From Actinomycetota bacterium (GTDB lineage: Bacteria; Actinomycetota; Geothermincolia; Geothermincolales; RBG-13-55-18), in the NCBI GenBank assembly GCA_034188985.1, contig JAXHVT010000066.1, positions 8,064-72,063 of the forward strand: DNA of 64,000 nt. The letters are read 5' to 3'. The position numbers were made by a program, and so were the translations under genes. Below are positions 48,825-59,266 of the stretch, in pieces. Every line of letters starts with the position of its first letter. Position 1 is the stretch's first letter. The notes beneath the pieces were generated by a model. The model did not search any database. It was not told where the DNA came from and was given only the letters and a program-made list of their open reading frames with translations.

Positions 48825-51383
48825 TCATTCCTCCCCCGGGGGATCCGCCTCCGGCAGTGTGGTGGGCCGCAGCGCCGGCGGGGTCTCCATTTCGGTACCG
48901 GTCGGCCCCCCCGCCGCCGGTGAGGTCGCCCGCGCCTCCCGGCGCTTTGTCTCGCGGCTGGCTATAATGGCCAGTAGGCTGGGAAGCACCAGCACCGCTC
49001 CGAAGAGGGCCCCGAGGAGGGCTACGGCGGTAGTGATACCGAACCTCTGCATCATGGTCATGCCGGAGGCGCCCAGTATGGCGAATACGCCGCAGGTGGT
49101 GAGAGCCGCGGCCAGCAGGGCCCTCCCCACGTGCAGGACGGTGTTCTTGATAGACTCGTCCAGTGGGGTTTCCCCGTGACTCCACTCCTCGCGGAAGCGG
49201 TGGGTGATATGGATACCGAAGTCGATGCCCGCCCCTATTACCAGCGAGGAAACCATCACCGTCATGATGTCCAGCGGCCATCCCAATGCGAAGAGCAAGA
49301 TGATCTCCACAAATACGCCGCACATTACCACCACCAGCGCGGCCAGCCCATATGCCAGGGACCTGAAGACGACAATCAGGACAAAGGCGCAGAGGAGCAG
49401 GGCCAGGCCCGAGGTCTTGAGCTGGGTGGGTAGGATGTTGCCCAGCAGGTCGGCCACCAGGAAGGTCATGCCCGTGGAGCTGAGGTCCATCTGCGACTGC
49501 TCCTCGACGGCGGCGGCGTGGTCGCGTATGATATCCGCCTTGAGACGGTACTCATCCTCGACGTCCGGGTAACCAGAGGTTAAGCTTATCATGGCATAGG
49601 TAGCGCCCTCATCATTCTTGACCAACTGGTTCACGTCCATCTGCTGGCCCAGCAGGGCCACAGTCTCCTCCACGCCCTGCCGGGAGTCGGGAAGCTCCCC
49701 GCCGTTGGCCTTTTTCACCAGGTCGGCTAGAGAGACGATCCTATCGCGCGAGAAATAGTCCTCGCTATCCGGTTGATTGCGCACATCGTTGGCTATGGCG
49801 TCCTTCATCCCTAGCAGCAACTCCAGGTTCTCAGGCTCGTAGACGTCCCCTTTCACCAGGACGACGTCGCTGCTCTGGGGACCGAAGTAATCGGTTACAA
49901 GCAGCGAGGCTTCCCGGCTGGGCATGCCCTCTGGGAACATCTTAGTAACGTCGGCGCCGGTCTTGACGTTGAAGATGGCGAAGACGGCGAAGCCCACCAG
50001 CAGCAGGGTTATCACCGTCACCGTCCAGTGGTGGCGCTCCGAAACCAGGGCCATCCTCACCAGGGCGCTGTCGGTTATGCGCCCGTACCAGGCGTCGCGC
50101 CGCCTGGCGCGCATCTTATCCAGGTGGGCCTCCAGCTTCTCCTTCCTCTTCCTGCGGTCCCGGATGACCACGATGGCCGGTAGCAGGGTGAGCGAGAGCA
50201 GGAAGCTGAAGGCGATCCCCAGCACGCACAGCAGCCCGAAATCCCGCATGGGGGGCATGTCGGTGATCATGAAGGAGGAGAAACCGATCATGGTAGTGAC
50301 GGCGGTGAGGAACACCGCCACCCCCACCGTTTTAACCGAGGTGGTGGCGGAGAGATTGACGCTCTCGCCGTCCTCCCTCTCCTCGTAGTAGCGGCTCAGC
50401 ACATGGATGACGTAGGCGATGTTGATACCCAGCATCAGGGGCATGACGGCGATGCTCATGGTGGTGTAGGCGATGCCCGCCCAACCCATCACCCCCAGGA
50501 TCCAGGCGATGGCCACGAAGATAATAAGCAGAGGCAGTGCTATATCCGAGAAACGCCGGAAGGTGAGGTAGAGGATGAGCATGACGAACAGGAAGGCTAT
50601 GAGCATCAGCTTATTGGTCTCCCTCTGCATGAATTCTTTGGAGTCCTTTTGCATGGAGGCGTTTCCGGCGATATAGGTCTCCAGGCCCTCGATGTCCCCG
50701 AACTCATCGGCCACGAAATCGTCCAGCTTCTCGGCCAGCTCCACCTGTTCGTTCTCGCTGAGGTCCGGGCTCACCTGGAAGCTGATGAGGGCCGCGGTCC
50801 TGTCCTCGTTGATGCTGCCTCCCACGACTCGCTCGCTATTGTCCATGAATATGGCCATCGTCTGTTCGCGCATCTCCTCGGGCATCTCGTACCCTAAGAG
50901 GGCCTCGAAGTCCCCCAGGATGGTTGAAGAGGGATCGGGATCCACGTAGAAGTCCAGTATTTGCGCGAGCATGGCGTCGTCGATAGGTATATCTTCGAAC
51001 GATATCTCGAGTCCAAGATTCTCGGGCATTGTTTTTAGAAAATCGAGATAGGTCTCCACATTGAGGATCTCTCCCTCCTCGAAGCCCTCCTCCGCCATCA
51101 TCTCCGAGGACAGCTCGAGGAGCTTCTCCGTTATCTCCGGGGAAGTGATGTCGTCCGCCACCAGCAGCACGTTCTCGTAGGAGATGCCACCGAACCTGTC
51201 ACCCACCTCCTCCAGGGCTTGAACCGATTCATAGTCCTCGGGCATCATCGCCTCCTGGCTCAGCTCGGTGGTGATGCGGGGAAAGCCCGCGGCCAGGAAC
51301 AGCGTTATAAGGGTAACCGCCAGCACTACCAGCCAGGGCCTTTTCTCCGAGATGCTGGCCAGATATCCGAATATCTTCTTCAC
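48825..51383 (-). CDS. MMPL/RND-superfamily membrane transporter
   Basis: 852 aa with two 6-TM bundles separated by large periplasmic loops; MMPL-type organisation. Confidence 0.8.
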   Translation of the reverse strand: MKKIFGYLASISEKRPWLVVLAVTLITLFLAAGFPRITTELSQEAMMPEDYESVQALEEVGDRFGGISYENVLLVADDITSPEITEKLLELSSEMMAEEGFEEGEILNVETYLDFLKTMPENLGLEISFEDIPIDDAMLAQILDFYVDPDPSSTILGDFEALLGYEMPEEMREQTMAIFMDNSERVVGGSINEDRTAALISFQVSPDLSENEQVELAEKLDDFVADEFGDIEGLETYIAGNASMQKDSKEFMQRETNKLMLIAFLFVMLILYLTFRRFSDIALPLLIIFVAIAWILGVMGWAGIAYTTMSIAVMPLMLGINIAYVIHVLSRYYEEREDGESVNLSATTSVKTVGVAVFLTAVTTMIGFSSFMITDMPPMRDFGLLCVLGIAFSFLLSLTLLPAIVVIRDRRKRKEKLEAHLDKMRARRRDAWYGRITDSALVRMALVSERHHWTVTVITLLLVGFAVFAIFNVKTGADVTKMFPEGMPSREASLLVTDYFGPQSSDVVLVKGDVYEPENLELLLGMKDAIANDVRNQPDSEDYFSRDRIVSLADLVKKANGGELPDSRQGVEETVALLGQQMDVNQLVKNDEGATYAMISLTSGYPDVEDEYRLKADIIRDHAAAVEEQSQMDLSSTGMTFLVADLLGNILPTQLKTSGLALLLCAFVLIVVFRSLAYGLAALVVVMCGVFVEIILLFALGWPLDIMTVMVSSLVIGAGIDFGIHITHRFREEWSHGETPLDESIKNTVLHVGRALLAAALTTCGVFAILGASGMTMMQRFGITTAVALLGALFGAVLVLPSLLAIIASRETKRREARATSPAAGGPTGTEMETPPALRPTTLPEADPPGEE

Positions 51384-51452
51384 AATATCGCGCCCCCTAT
51401 CTTAGTTGTTGAGATCTCGATCGCGATCCTTGCCCGCTTCGAGACGATGTCT

Positions 51453-51899
51453 CTATCTCTGTTCTCCCTGTTCCAGGCTCTGCTCTATACCCTTCACCAG
51501 GGCGAGCAGGACCTCTCTATCCTCTTCGGATACCGGATGCAGGAGTTCCTTCATCATATCCAGGTTGTCCTCCTCGAGTCTCCGGATTACCTTCAGGCCT
51601 TTTTCGGAAACGGATACCATGACAACGCGGCGATCATCGCGGCTCCTCTCCCGCTTCACCAGGCCTTTCTCCACCAGCCGGTCCACCATGCGCGTGGTCA
51701 CTCCCTGGTTTACCTCCAGGTGCTGGGACAGCTCGCTCATGCTGAGGGCCCCGCTGTGGCTCAGCTCCATCAACAGCACGCCCTGGGGAGGGGAGAGCTC
51801 GATATCCTCTTCGGTAAGGGTGGTATTGCGGAACTTGCGCATGATGCGGATTATGATGTTCCAGAGTTCCTGTATATAGACTTCGAGTTCGTCTTCCAT
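51453..51899 (-). CDS. MarR family transcriptional regulator
   Basis: Winged-helix MarR core (...LSMSELSQHLEVNQGVTTRMVDRLVEKGLVKRERSRDDRR...). Confidence 0.8.
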   Translation of the reverse strand: MEDELEVYIQELWNIIIRIMRKFRNTTLTEEDIELSPPQGVLLMELSHSGALSMSELSQHLEVNQGVTTRMVDRLVEKGLVKRERSRDDRRVVMVSVSEKGLKVIRRLEEDNLDMMKELLHPVSEEDREVLLALVKGIEQSLEQGEQR

Positions 51900-52178
51900 G
51901 TTCCTTGCTAATACTAATATTTGCTGATAACAATTATTCGCAATCGAACATAATACATCTTGTATCGTCATGTCAAGGGCTTTCATTAAGCTTCTTTTCG
52001 GGAGGGCCTCAACCGGAAATACCTCAAGCTCGGAGACCTCTTTTCCACAACCGGATATCGCCGTTGACGGTTCGCCACGGGGTGAAACCCAATGACGGTG
52101 AACGGGTGGATCGAGGACCCGTTCCCCCGAATGTAGTAAGGTGATATGAGGGGAGTGATCGAGAGAGGATGCCTGAAG

Positions 52179-53258
52179 ATGCGTGATGAGAAGCGTGGTG
52201 TGGTGGTGGCCATGAGTGGCGGAGTGGACTCCTCCGTAGCCGCCGCGCTGCTGGTGGAGAGAGGTTTCCGGGTCACGGGGGTCACCTTCCGCGTATGGGA
52301 AGAGGGCGCCGCCACCCCGCGTGGCCGGGTGCGCCTGTTCTCGGACCCGGAGGAGGCGGCGAGGGTGGCCGGAAGGCTGGGCGTGGAGCACCGCGTGATC
52401 GACCTCAGGGAGCGCTTTACCTCGGAGGTGGTGGAGCCCTTCGCGCGGGAATATCTGAGGGGCCGTACCCCCAATCCCTGCGTGGAGTGCAACCGCCGGG
52501 TCAGGTTCCCGGCCCTCATGGAGGCGATACGCGCCCTGGATGCCGATCTCATTGCAACAGGCCATTACGCCCGCATGGGGGGGGAGGAGGGTGAGAGCCC
52601 ATCCCTCCTCCGGGCCTCGAGCGTCGGTAAGGACCAATCCTACGTGCTATACGGCATGTCCCGGGAGGAGCTGCGGCACTGCGTTTTCCCCAACGGCGAT
52701 CTGGCCAAGAGCGAGATAATGGAGGCCGCCGCGGCGCGTGGGTTCGACGCGGCGGAGAGGGTGGAAAGCCAGGAGATATGCTTTCTCCACGGGGGGAATT
52801 ACCGGGAATTCCTGGCCGTGCGCTATCCCGAGGCCCTGTCCCCCGGCCCTGTCCTGGATACCTTCGGAAGGGAGATCGGCGAACACCGTGGCATCGCCTT
52901 CTACACCGTGGGCCAGAGGCGGGGGCTGGGGGTTTCGGCTCCCCATCCCCTGTACGTGGTGAGGTTGGATCCTGACGAAAATGCGGTGGTGTTGGGACGC
53001 GGTGATGAGGTTCCTGGCGATTACCTGCGTGCAAGCGGGACACATTGGGCAGGAAGCCGCCCGCCCGCTTCCTCCTTCGAGGCCCGGGCCATGGTGCGCT
53101 ACAATTCCAGGCCGGCGCCCTGCCGGGTGGAGGTCACGGACGGTGGCTTCGAGCTTCGCTTCGGTGAACGGGTGTGGGCCCTTACACCGGGACAGCACGC
53201 CGTCCTGTACAGCGGAGACGAGGTCCTGGGCGGGGGGGTAATCGAGTCCGTCCTCTAG
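52179..53258 (+). CDS. mnmA: tRNA 2-thiouridine(34) synthase MnmA
   Basis: PP-loop SGGVDSS, catalytic Cys region NPCVECNRRVRF, C-terminal barrel. Confidence 0.85.
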   Translation: MRDEKRGVVVAMSGGVDSSVAAALLVERGFRVTGVTFRVWEEGAATPRGRVRLFSDPEEAARVAGRLGVEHRVIDLRERFTSEVVEPFAREYLRGRTPNPCVECNRRVRFPALMEAIRALDADLIATGHYARMGGEEGESPSLLRASSVGKDQSYVLYGMSREELRHCVFPNGDLAKSEIMEAAAARGFDAAERVESQEICFLHGGNYREFLAVRYPEALSPGPVLDTFGREIGEHRGIAFYTVGQRRGLGVSAPHPLYVVRLDPDENAVVLGRGDEVPGDYLRASGTHWAGSRPPASSFEARAMVRYNSRPAPCRVEVTDGGFELRFGERVWALTPGQHAVLYSGDEVLGGGVIESVL

Positions 53259-53268
53259 ATAACGAGGT

Positions 53269-54099
53269 TCACTCCATATCGATCTTGAGCCCCTTCAGCT
53301 TGCGATACCTGCTCAATATGTACAGCTCGTTGTAGATCTCCACATGAAGGTTTCCAGGCAGCCTTCCGGAGCTGCCAGCCGCGCGTTGCCCGGCCAGCCC
53401 GAAGAAGGCCAGGGCCGCGACGGTAGCCTCGAAGTAGGGCTCGCCTCCCGCCAGCATGACGGCGATGGCCGTGGTGGCCATGCAGCCCGTTCCCGTAACC
53501 CTGCCCAGCAGGGGATGGCCGTTGCCGATCCGGGCCAGCCTGCCTCCGTCCACCACGGTGTCCACCTCCCCGGTTACCGCCGCCACGCAACCCAGCCGGC
53601 TCGCCACCCCCTGGGCGGTATACCCCGCCTCCCCGGATACGGAGAGGGATTCCACCCCGCGGATCTCCGCTTTCTCGCCCGCCAGGACAGCCATCTCCGC
53701 GGCGTTTCCCCTTACCACCGCGAAGTTGATCTCCTCCGTCAGCCGCAGCGCCAGGCTTGTGCGGTAGGTGGTGGCCCCGGTTCCCACCGGATCCAGGATC
53801 ACGGGGACACCGGCACGGTTAGCGGCTCGTCCCGCCAGTATCATGCTCTCCTCCAGTTCCGGGTAAGGAGTACCCATGTTAACCACCAGTGCCTGGGCCT
53901 GGGTGGCCATCTCCTCCACTTCCTCCCGGGCATGAGCCATGACCGGAAGCGCGCCCATGCAGAGGGTGGCGTTGGCCGTCTCGTTCATCACCACCATGTT
54001 GGTTATATGATGGATCAGCGGCTTGCGGTCCTCGATCCCCTCCAGTCTCTCGATCAGGAAGCGTGCCAGTTCCTGTTTCGCGGCCATGGCGGTCCTCAA
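53269..54099 (-). CDS. thiM: hydroxyethylthiazole kinase
   Basis: ThiM motifs (HHITNMVVMNETANATL..., GTGCMAT); ATGA overlap with upstream receiver gene. Confidence 0.7.
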   Translation of the reverse strand: MRTAMAAKQELARFLIERLEGIEDRKPLIHHITNMVVMNETANATLCMGALPVMAHAREEVEEMATQAQALVVNMGTPYPELEESMILAGRAANRAGVPVILDPVGTGATTYRTSLALRLTEEINFAVVRGNAAEMAVLAGEKAEIRGVESLSVSGEAGYTAQGVASRLGCVAAVTGEVDTVVDGGRLARIGNGHPLLGRVTGTGCMATTAIAVMLAGGEPYFEATVAALAFFGLAGQRAAGSSGRLPGNLHVEIYNELYILSRYRKLKGLKIDME

Positions 54100-54497
54100 T
54101 CCCTTCCGCCCAAAAGCGATGACACCGTTTCCAGGAGCTCGTCGGGATCGGCCGGTTTCTCCAGGTAGGCGGCGTAATCCATGCGATGGCCGGTCTCCAG
54201 CTCGTAGCGGCGGTTGCTTACCTCCTCGCGTACCGAGGTAAGTATGATGATGGGGATCCCGGACCAGGGCTCGTAGCCGGGCTCGCGCAGCGCGTTGAAT
54301 ACGCCGAAGCCGTCCACCAGGGGCATGAGCAGATCCAGGACTATCAGATCGGGACTCTCCAGCTTGATCTTCTCCAGGGCCTCCGCGCCGTCACCGGCGG
54401 TTATCAGATCGTATCCCTCGTCCTCGAGGAGTATGGAGATGACCTCTATAACGTCGGGATCGTCGTCGGCAAGGAGTATCTTCTCAGCCATGGGCAT
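54096..54497 (-). CDS. single-domain response regulator (CheY-like receiver)
   Basis: ILLADDDPD...DLIVLDLLMP...K receiver signature; 133 aa. Confidence 0.8.
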   Translation of the reverse strand: MPMAEKILLADDDPDVIEVISILLEDEGYDLITAGDGAEALEKIKLESPDLIVLDLLMPLVDGFGVFNALREPGYEPWSGIPIIILTSVREEVSNRRYELETGHRMDYAAYLEKPADPDELLETVSSLLGGRD

Positions 54498-54527
54498 ACC
54501 TCCGTATAAACTCTGTACCAGCTCACT

Positions 54528-55850
54528 CTATAGAATATCAACGTTATTCCGGCCGCCGTTTTCCTTAAGCTTCCAGCGTTCCTCGATATGGCAGGTGACG
54601 CCCACCGGTATGGAGAAGCAGACACGGGTCCCCGTTTCCTTGTGCGGCGGCGGGCTCTCCGCCCATATCCTGCCGTGATGCATGTCGACGATACGCTTGC
54701 AGATGGAAAGGCCGAGGCCGGTCCCCTCCACCGATTCCGGGTCCCCCTTGTAGAACTCCTCGAAAACGTGGGGCAGCTTATCCGGCTCGATACCCTCGCC
54801 ATTGTCCTCCACGCATACCACGACCGAGTCCTCATCCCTCCTGGCGCTGATATGGATATTGCCTCCCCGGGGTGTGAAACGCACCGAGTTCGAGACCAGG
54901 TTGAGGATAAGCTGCTGCAGGCGGATCTCCGAGGCGAAGATCTCGGGTAGGGGACGGTGGATCTCGGTGGTTACGGCTACGCCCTTGGGCTCGGACAGCT
55001 CGTGGGCCATCTCCACCGCCGCCCCCAGCATATCGTCCCACAGTACCGGCTTGAACTCCGAGACCACCTGGCCGCTCTCCAGGCGGGAGAGCTCCAGCAG
55101 GTCGCTGATAAGCTCCATCATACCGTCGATGCGTTGTATGCTGCGGCGTATGCCGTTGGTCATGCGCTCGTCAAGGAGGTCCACGCTCTTGCGCAGCAGC
55201 AGCTTGAGGTAACCCTGCACCGCCACCAAGGGGGACTTCAGGTCGTGGGTTACCATGGAGAGGAAGCTAAGGAAATGGCGCCTCTCGTCCCTTATGCGCG
55301 CCAGGTCGCGGCGTGCCTCCTCGGCGTCTCTGGCCAGGCGGTCCTGGTCCTCGGCCCTCTGCAGGATGATGCCCCCCAGCTCGGCTATGGAATCCAGGAA
55401 GTCCAATTCCTCACGATCGAACTTCTTCTTCTCCGAGAAGTACAGGCGCATTACCCCTCTTATCTTGTACCGGGCCCTGACGGGGAGAAAGGCTATGGAG
55501 ACCACGCCCCCCTTCTGCGCCTCTTCCTTGTACCGCACCCTGGGATCGCTCTTCACGTCCAATACCAGGAGGGGCGTTCCCTTGAGCACCTGCTCCTTGG
55601 CCTCGCGTTTCAGGATCTGTTGCGTATAGGGATATTCCTCGCTCATACCATAGGTTATGCGGTGGAGCAGGTGCCGGTTATCGGCGGAGAGGGTGAGGAA
55701 CGAGCAGCCCTTGGCCTCGGTGCCCAGCGTGGTGGATTCGACCAGGGCCCTGATAACGTTGTCCACCCCGCCGGCGGCCACAACGGAGCTGGCTATCTCC
55801 TGTATTATCCTGTGCCTCAATGAATATCCCCCTTGCAGCTGGACCGACAA
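54528..55850 (-). CDS. GAF-domain sensor histidine kinase
   Basis: N-terminal GAF, H-box MVTHDLKSP, N/G boxes (NLVSNSVRF; GTGLGLSI). Confidence 0.8.
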   Translation of the reverse strand: MSVQLQGGYSLRHRIIQEIASSVVAAGGVDNVIRALVESTTLGTEAKGCSFLTLSADNRHLLHRITYGMSEEYPYTQQILKREAKEQVLKGTPLLVLDVKSDPRVRYKEEAQKGGVVSIAFLPVRARYKIRGVMRLYFSEKKKFDREELDFLDSIAELGGIILQRAEDQDRLARDAEEARRDLARIRDERRHFLSFLSMVTHDLKSPLVAVQGYLKLLLRKSVDLLDERMTNGIRRSIQRIDGMMELISDLLELSRLESGQVVSEFKPVLWDDMLGAAVEMAHELSEPKGVAVTTEIHRPLPEIFASEIRLQQLILNLVSNSVRFTPRGGNIHISARRDEDSVVVCVEDNGEGIEPDKLPHVFEEFYKGDPESVEGTGLGLSICKRIVDMHHGRIWAESPPPHKETGTRVCFSIPVGVTCHIEERWKLKENGGRNNVDIL

Positions 55851-56086
55851 CCGCCCCGGGTTCGCCGCGAAAATCCGATGTGCTTCCTCCTATTATAACC
55901 CAGGAAGATAGCGGGCAAACCGGCATCGTACCTGGTCTATCGCCGTCCCCACCCGTTGCTGTTTATATGGATGCAAAGATTCTATACTGATAGTGGTCAC
56001 GTTATACGGGGAGTCTGACGAAAGATAATAGGGAGTACGGAAGAGCCCGCGTTGAGATATGGCCGGGACGGAAAGGAGCATGATAG

Positions 56087-57733
56087 ATGTTTTCGTCAAA
56101 GCTGAGAAAGGACTATATGGAAGAAGCGCAAGCCCGCGTGTTCGACGTGCTTATAGTGGGGGGCGGGATAACCGGCGCCTGCACGGCCAGGGACGCGGCC
56201 AGGCGGGGTCTTTCCACGGTCATAGTGGAGAAGAACGACTGGGCTTTCGGCACCAGCTCCCGTTCCTCCAAGTTGGTCCACGGCGGCCTGCGCTACCTGG
56301 AGTTGTACGATTTCAAGCTGGTCTTCGAGGCCTGCCGCGAGCGGCGACGCCTTCTGCTCAACGCCCCCCATGTAGTCTGGCCACAATCCTTCGTTTTTCC
56401 CGTTTACAAGGGGGACAAGAACGGGCTCATCCTTATAGATATGGGACTCTGGCTCTATGACGTCCTGGCCCTTTTCCGCAACGTTCAGCCGCACCAGATG
56501 CACGGTCCAAGGCGCATACTGGAGGTGGAACCGGAGTTGGACCGCGATCGCCTGAAGGGGGGCGGCCAGTTCTACGACTGTTCAACGGACGATGCGCGGC
56601 TTACCCTGTCCCACGTGCAGTCCGCCTACCTGGAGGGCGCCGTCTGCCTGAGCTACACCCAGGTGATCGATTTCCTGCGCCAGGACGGTATGCTCCGCGG
56701 CGCCAGGGTCCGGGACAAGGTCGGGGGCGGGGAGTTCGACATCGAGGCCAGGGTGGTTTTCAACTGCTCCGGGCCTTGGACGGATAGTGTGTGTGGCCTG
56801 GACGAGCACGATATCTCGCCCAAGCTGCGGCCCACCAAGGGTTCCCATGTCATCGTCCCCTGGGAGAGGATAAAGGCCTATAACGCCATGCCGGTTATCT
56901 CGCCATCGGACGGACGCATGCTCTTTGTGGTTCCCTGGGGAGATTACGTCCTGATAGGCACCACGGATACCGATTACGAGGGCGACTACGATACCATCCA
57001 TGCCTCCGCCTGGGACGTCGATTACATCCTGGAGGCAGCCAACCGCGCCATGCCCGGTACGGGACTGACCTATGACGACGTCATCAGCACCTATGCGGGC
57101 CTGCGCCCCCTCATCTGGGAGAGCGGTGGGCAGGACGTCAAGGAATTCCAGGTATCCAGGGAGCACTCCGTATACGAGAGCCATTCCGGGCTCATCACCA
57201 TCGCCGGGGGCAAGCTCACCACTGCCCGCTCCATGGCCGAGGAGCTGGTGGACTTAGCGGAGAAGCGGCTGGAGGAGCGCTACGGGCTCGCGCCTTCGGG
57301 ATGTACCACCAGGAACGCCCAGGTCTATGGCAAGGACGGTTTGGATTTCTCCCGGCGCCTGCGCAGGCTGGCCGGCGAGGTACGCCTTGATGACGAGGTG
57401 GTGGATAAGATGCAGCACCTTGGCACCGGGGCCTTGAGGGTGCTCAATATACTCGGGGAGGACGCCTCGCTGGCGGAGCGCCTTGGCGAGTATGTCCCCT
57501 ACATCGGGGCTGAGGTTGTATACTCGGCCCGCAACGAAGCCGTGGTTAATCTCGAGGATTTCATGGTGCGGCGAAGCCTCATATTCTACGAGGATTGGGA
57601 GCAAGGCCTGGGCTGCGCGGAAAGGGCGGCCGACATCCTGGCGCGTGAGCTGGGCTGGGACGAGGAGGAGAAGAAGCGCCAGGTCGAGGAGTATCGCCGC
57701 GTGGTGGAACTGTCCCGTGCCTACAGGTCATAG
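56087..57733 (+). CDS. FAD-dependent glycerol-3-phosphate dehydrogenase (GlpD/GlpA family)
   Basis: DVLIVGGGITGAC FAD motif, DAO domain, C-terminal GlpD-type helical domain; RBS GGAAAGGAG. Confidence 0.8.
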   Translation: MFSSKLRKDYMEEAQARVFDVLIVGGGITGACTARDAARRGLSTVIVEKNDWAFGTSSRSSKLVHGGLRYLELYDFKLVFEACRERRRLLLNAPHVVWPQSFVFPVYKGDKNGLILIDMGLWLYDVLALFRNVQPHQMHGPRRILEVEPELDRDRLKGGGQFYDCSTDDARLTLSHVQSAYLEGAVCLSYTQVIDFLRQDGMLRGARVRDKVGGGEFDIEARVVFNCSGPWTDSVCGLDEHDISPKLRPTKGSHVIVPWERIKAYNAMPVISPSDGRMLFVVPWGDYVLIGTTDTDYEGDYDTIHASAWDVDYILEAANRAMPGTGLTYDDVISTYAGLRPLIWESGGQDVKEFQVSREHSVYESHSGLITIAGGKLTTARSMAEELVDLAEKRLEERYGLAPSGCTTRNAQVYGKDGLDFSRRLRRLAGEVRLDDEVVDKMQHLGTGALRVLNILGEDASLAERLGEYVPYIGAEVVYSARNEAVVNLEDFMVRRSLIFYEDWEQGLGCAERAADILARELGWDEEEKKRQVEEYRRVVELSRAYRS

Positions 57734-57768
57734 GCACGGGTATCGGGCCAGGACTGTTGTCTGAGAGG

Positions 57769-59184
57769 CTACCGGCCGCGATCCTCTAAACCCTCCACCG
57801 TGCAGAAACAGGTCTTTCCCAGCAGCCTGGCCTCGGCAAGGTACCCTCCCACTATGGGCAGGTCCAGGGGATGGCTGAAGGGCGGAGCGTAGGCCAGGTC
57901 CAGCGAGGTCATGTCGGTGACGGTCAGACCTGCGCGCACCACAGTGGCGAGGATATCCAACCTCTTGTCCACGGCGGCGGAATAGTCTCCCACCAGTTGG
58001 GCGCCGAGGACCCGTCCTGAGGCTGTATCTACGGTCATGCGCACCGCCATGACCCCTCCACCTCTGTAGTAGCCGGGAAGCGAGGTGTCCTCGAAATCCA
58101 ACATGTCGGCCTCGAATCCGGCGGCCTCAGCCTCGTCCATGCTCAGGCCGGTCTTTCCCACCGTTAGATCGAAGGCTTTGAGGATAAAGGTGCCCTGCAC
58201 CCCGGGAAAAGGCGCCTCGTTGCCCGAGGCGGTCTCCGCCGCTGTCCTTCCCTGTTTGCGGGCGGTTGAGCCCAAAGGAATCCAGCTCTCCTCGCCGGAT
58301 ATCATGTTACGGGTGGTGGCGCAGTCGCCGCAGGCCAGGATGTCGGGGATGCTGGTGCGCATGTGCTCGTCGACCCTTATGGCCCCCTTGGCCCCCAGCT
58401 CCACGCCGGCCTTCTCCGCCGGCGCGCTCACCGGCCTGACGCCCATACTCAACAGTACAAGGTCGGCCGGCAGCTCTCTGTCGGTGGTTACCACCTTCCT
58501 CACCGTTCCGCTGTCGCCCTCCAGTGATTCCACCTTATCTCCCAGGAGCAGCTCAACGCCTTTGCTCTCCAGGTGATCGGATACCCTGTTGGCCATATCC
58601 GTGTCCATGAGTGGCATTACCTGGCCTAAGAGTTCCACCAGGTGCACCTCCATCCCCAGGTTCCTGAGGGCCTCGCACATCTCCAGGCCTATGGCTCCTC
58701 CCCCCACGACGACCGCGCGAGAGGGTGCCTGCAGATCGATATAGGATTTGATTCTCAAGGCGTGGGTAAGGGAGCGCAGCACGAAGACCCCCTGGAGGTC
58801 TTTACCGGGCAGAGGCGGCACGAAGGGGGAGGCGCCGGTGGCTATGATCAGCTTGTCATACTCACGATGGAACTCGCTCACACCTACCAGGTCCGCTACG
58901 CGTATGGTCTTGTTTTCGGGGTCGATGGAGTTAACGCGGTGACGCAGGAAGACGCGGATATCCTGCCGGCTCTCGAACTCGTCGGGCAGCCTGGCCAGCA
59001 GCTTGCGCCAGTTGGGACTGCGACCGCCGATAAAATAGGGAAGCCCGCAACCCGCGTAGGATATGAACTCGTCACGGTCGTATATCTCGATCTCCGTCTC
59101 CTGGCAGCACCTCCGGGCCTTGGCGGCCGCCGTGGCTCCGCCCGCCACTCCGCCGATGACGACGATCCTCCATGGCTTGGTCAT
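57769..59184 (-). CDS. CoA-disulfide reductase/NADH oxidase-family FAD-dependent pyridine nucleotide-disulfide oxidoreductase
   Basis: RIVVIGGVAGG FAD motif, redox Cys SYAGCGLPY, second Rossmann VVVGGGAIGLE; RBS GGGAGAGGG before ATG 59184. Confidence 0.75.
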   Translation of the reverse strand: MTKPWRIVVIGGVAGGATAAAKARRCCQETEIEIYDRDEFISYAGCGLPYFIGGRSPNWRKLLARLPDEFESRQDIRVFLRHRVNSIDPENKTIRVADLVGVSEFHREYDKLIIATGASPFVPPLPGKDLQGVFVLRSLTHALRIKSYIDLQAPSRAVVVGGGAIGLEMCEALRNLGMEVHLVELLGQVMPLMDTDMANRVSDHLESKGVELLLGDKVESLEGDSGTVRKVVTTDRELPADLVLLSMGVRPVSAPAEKAGVELGAKGAIRVDEHMRTSIPDILACGDCATTRNMISGEESWIPLGSTARKQGRTAAETASGNEAPFPGVQGTFILKAFDLTVGKTGLSMDEAEAAGFEADMLDFEDTSLPGYYRGGGVMAVRMTVDTASGRVLGAQLVGDYSAAVDKRLDILATVVRAGLTVTDMTSLDLAYAPPFSHPLDLPIVGGYLAEARLLGKTCFCTVEGLEDRGR

Positions 59185-59266
59185 CCATATCACCCTCTCC
59201 CGCTCGAATACGATAGAATCATCTAGACAAATCATATGATTCCCCGTTTCAACAGGAGGAAACATA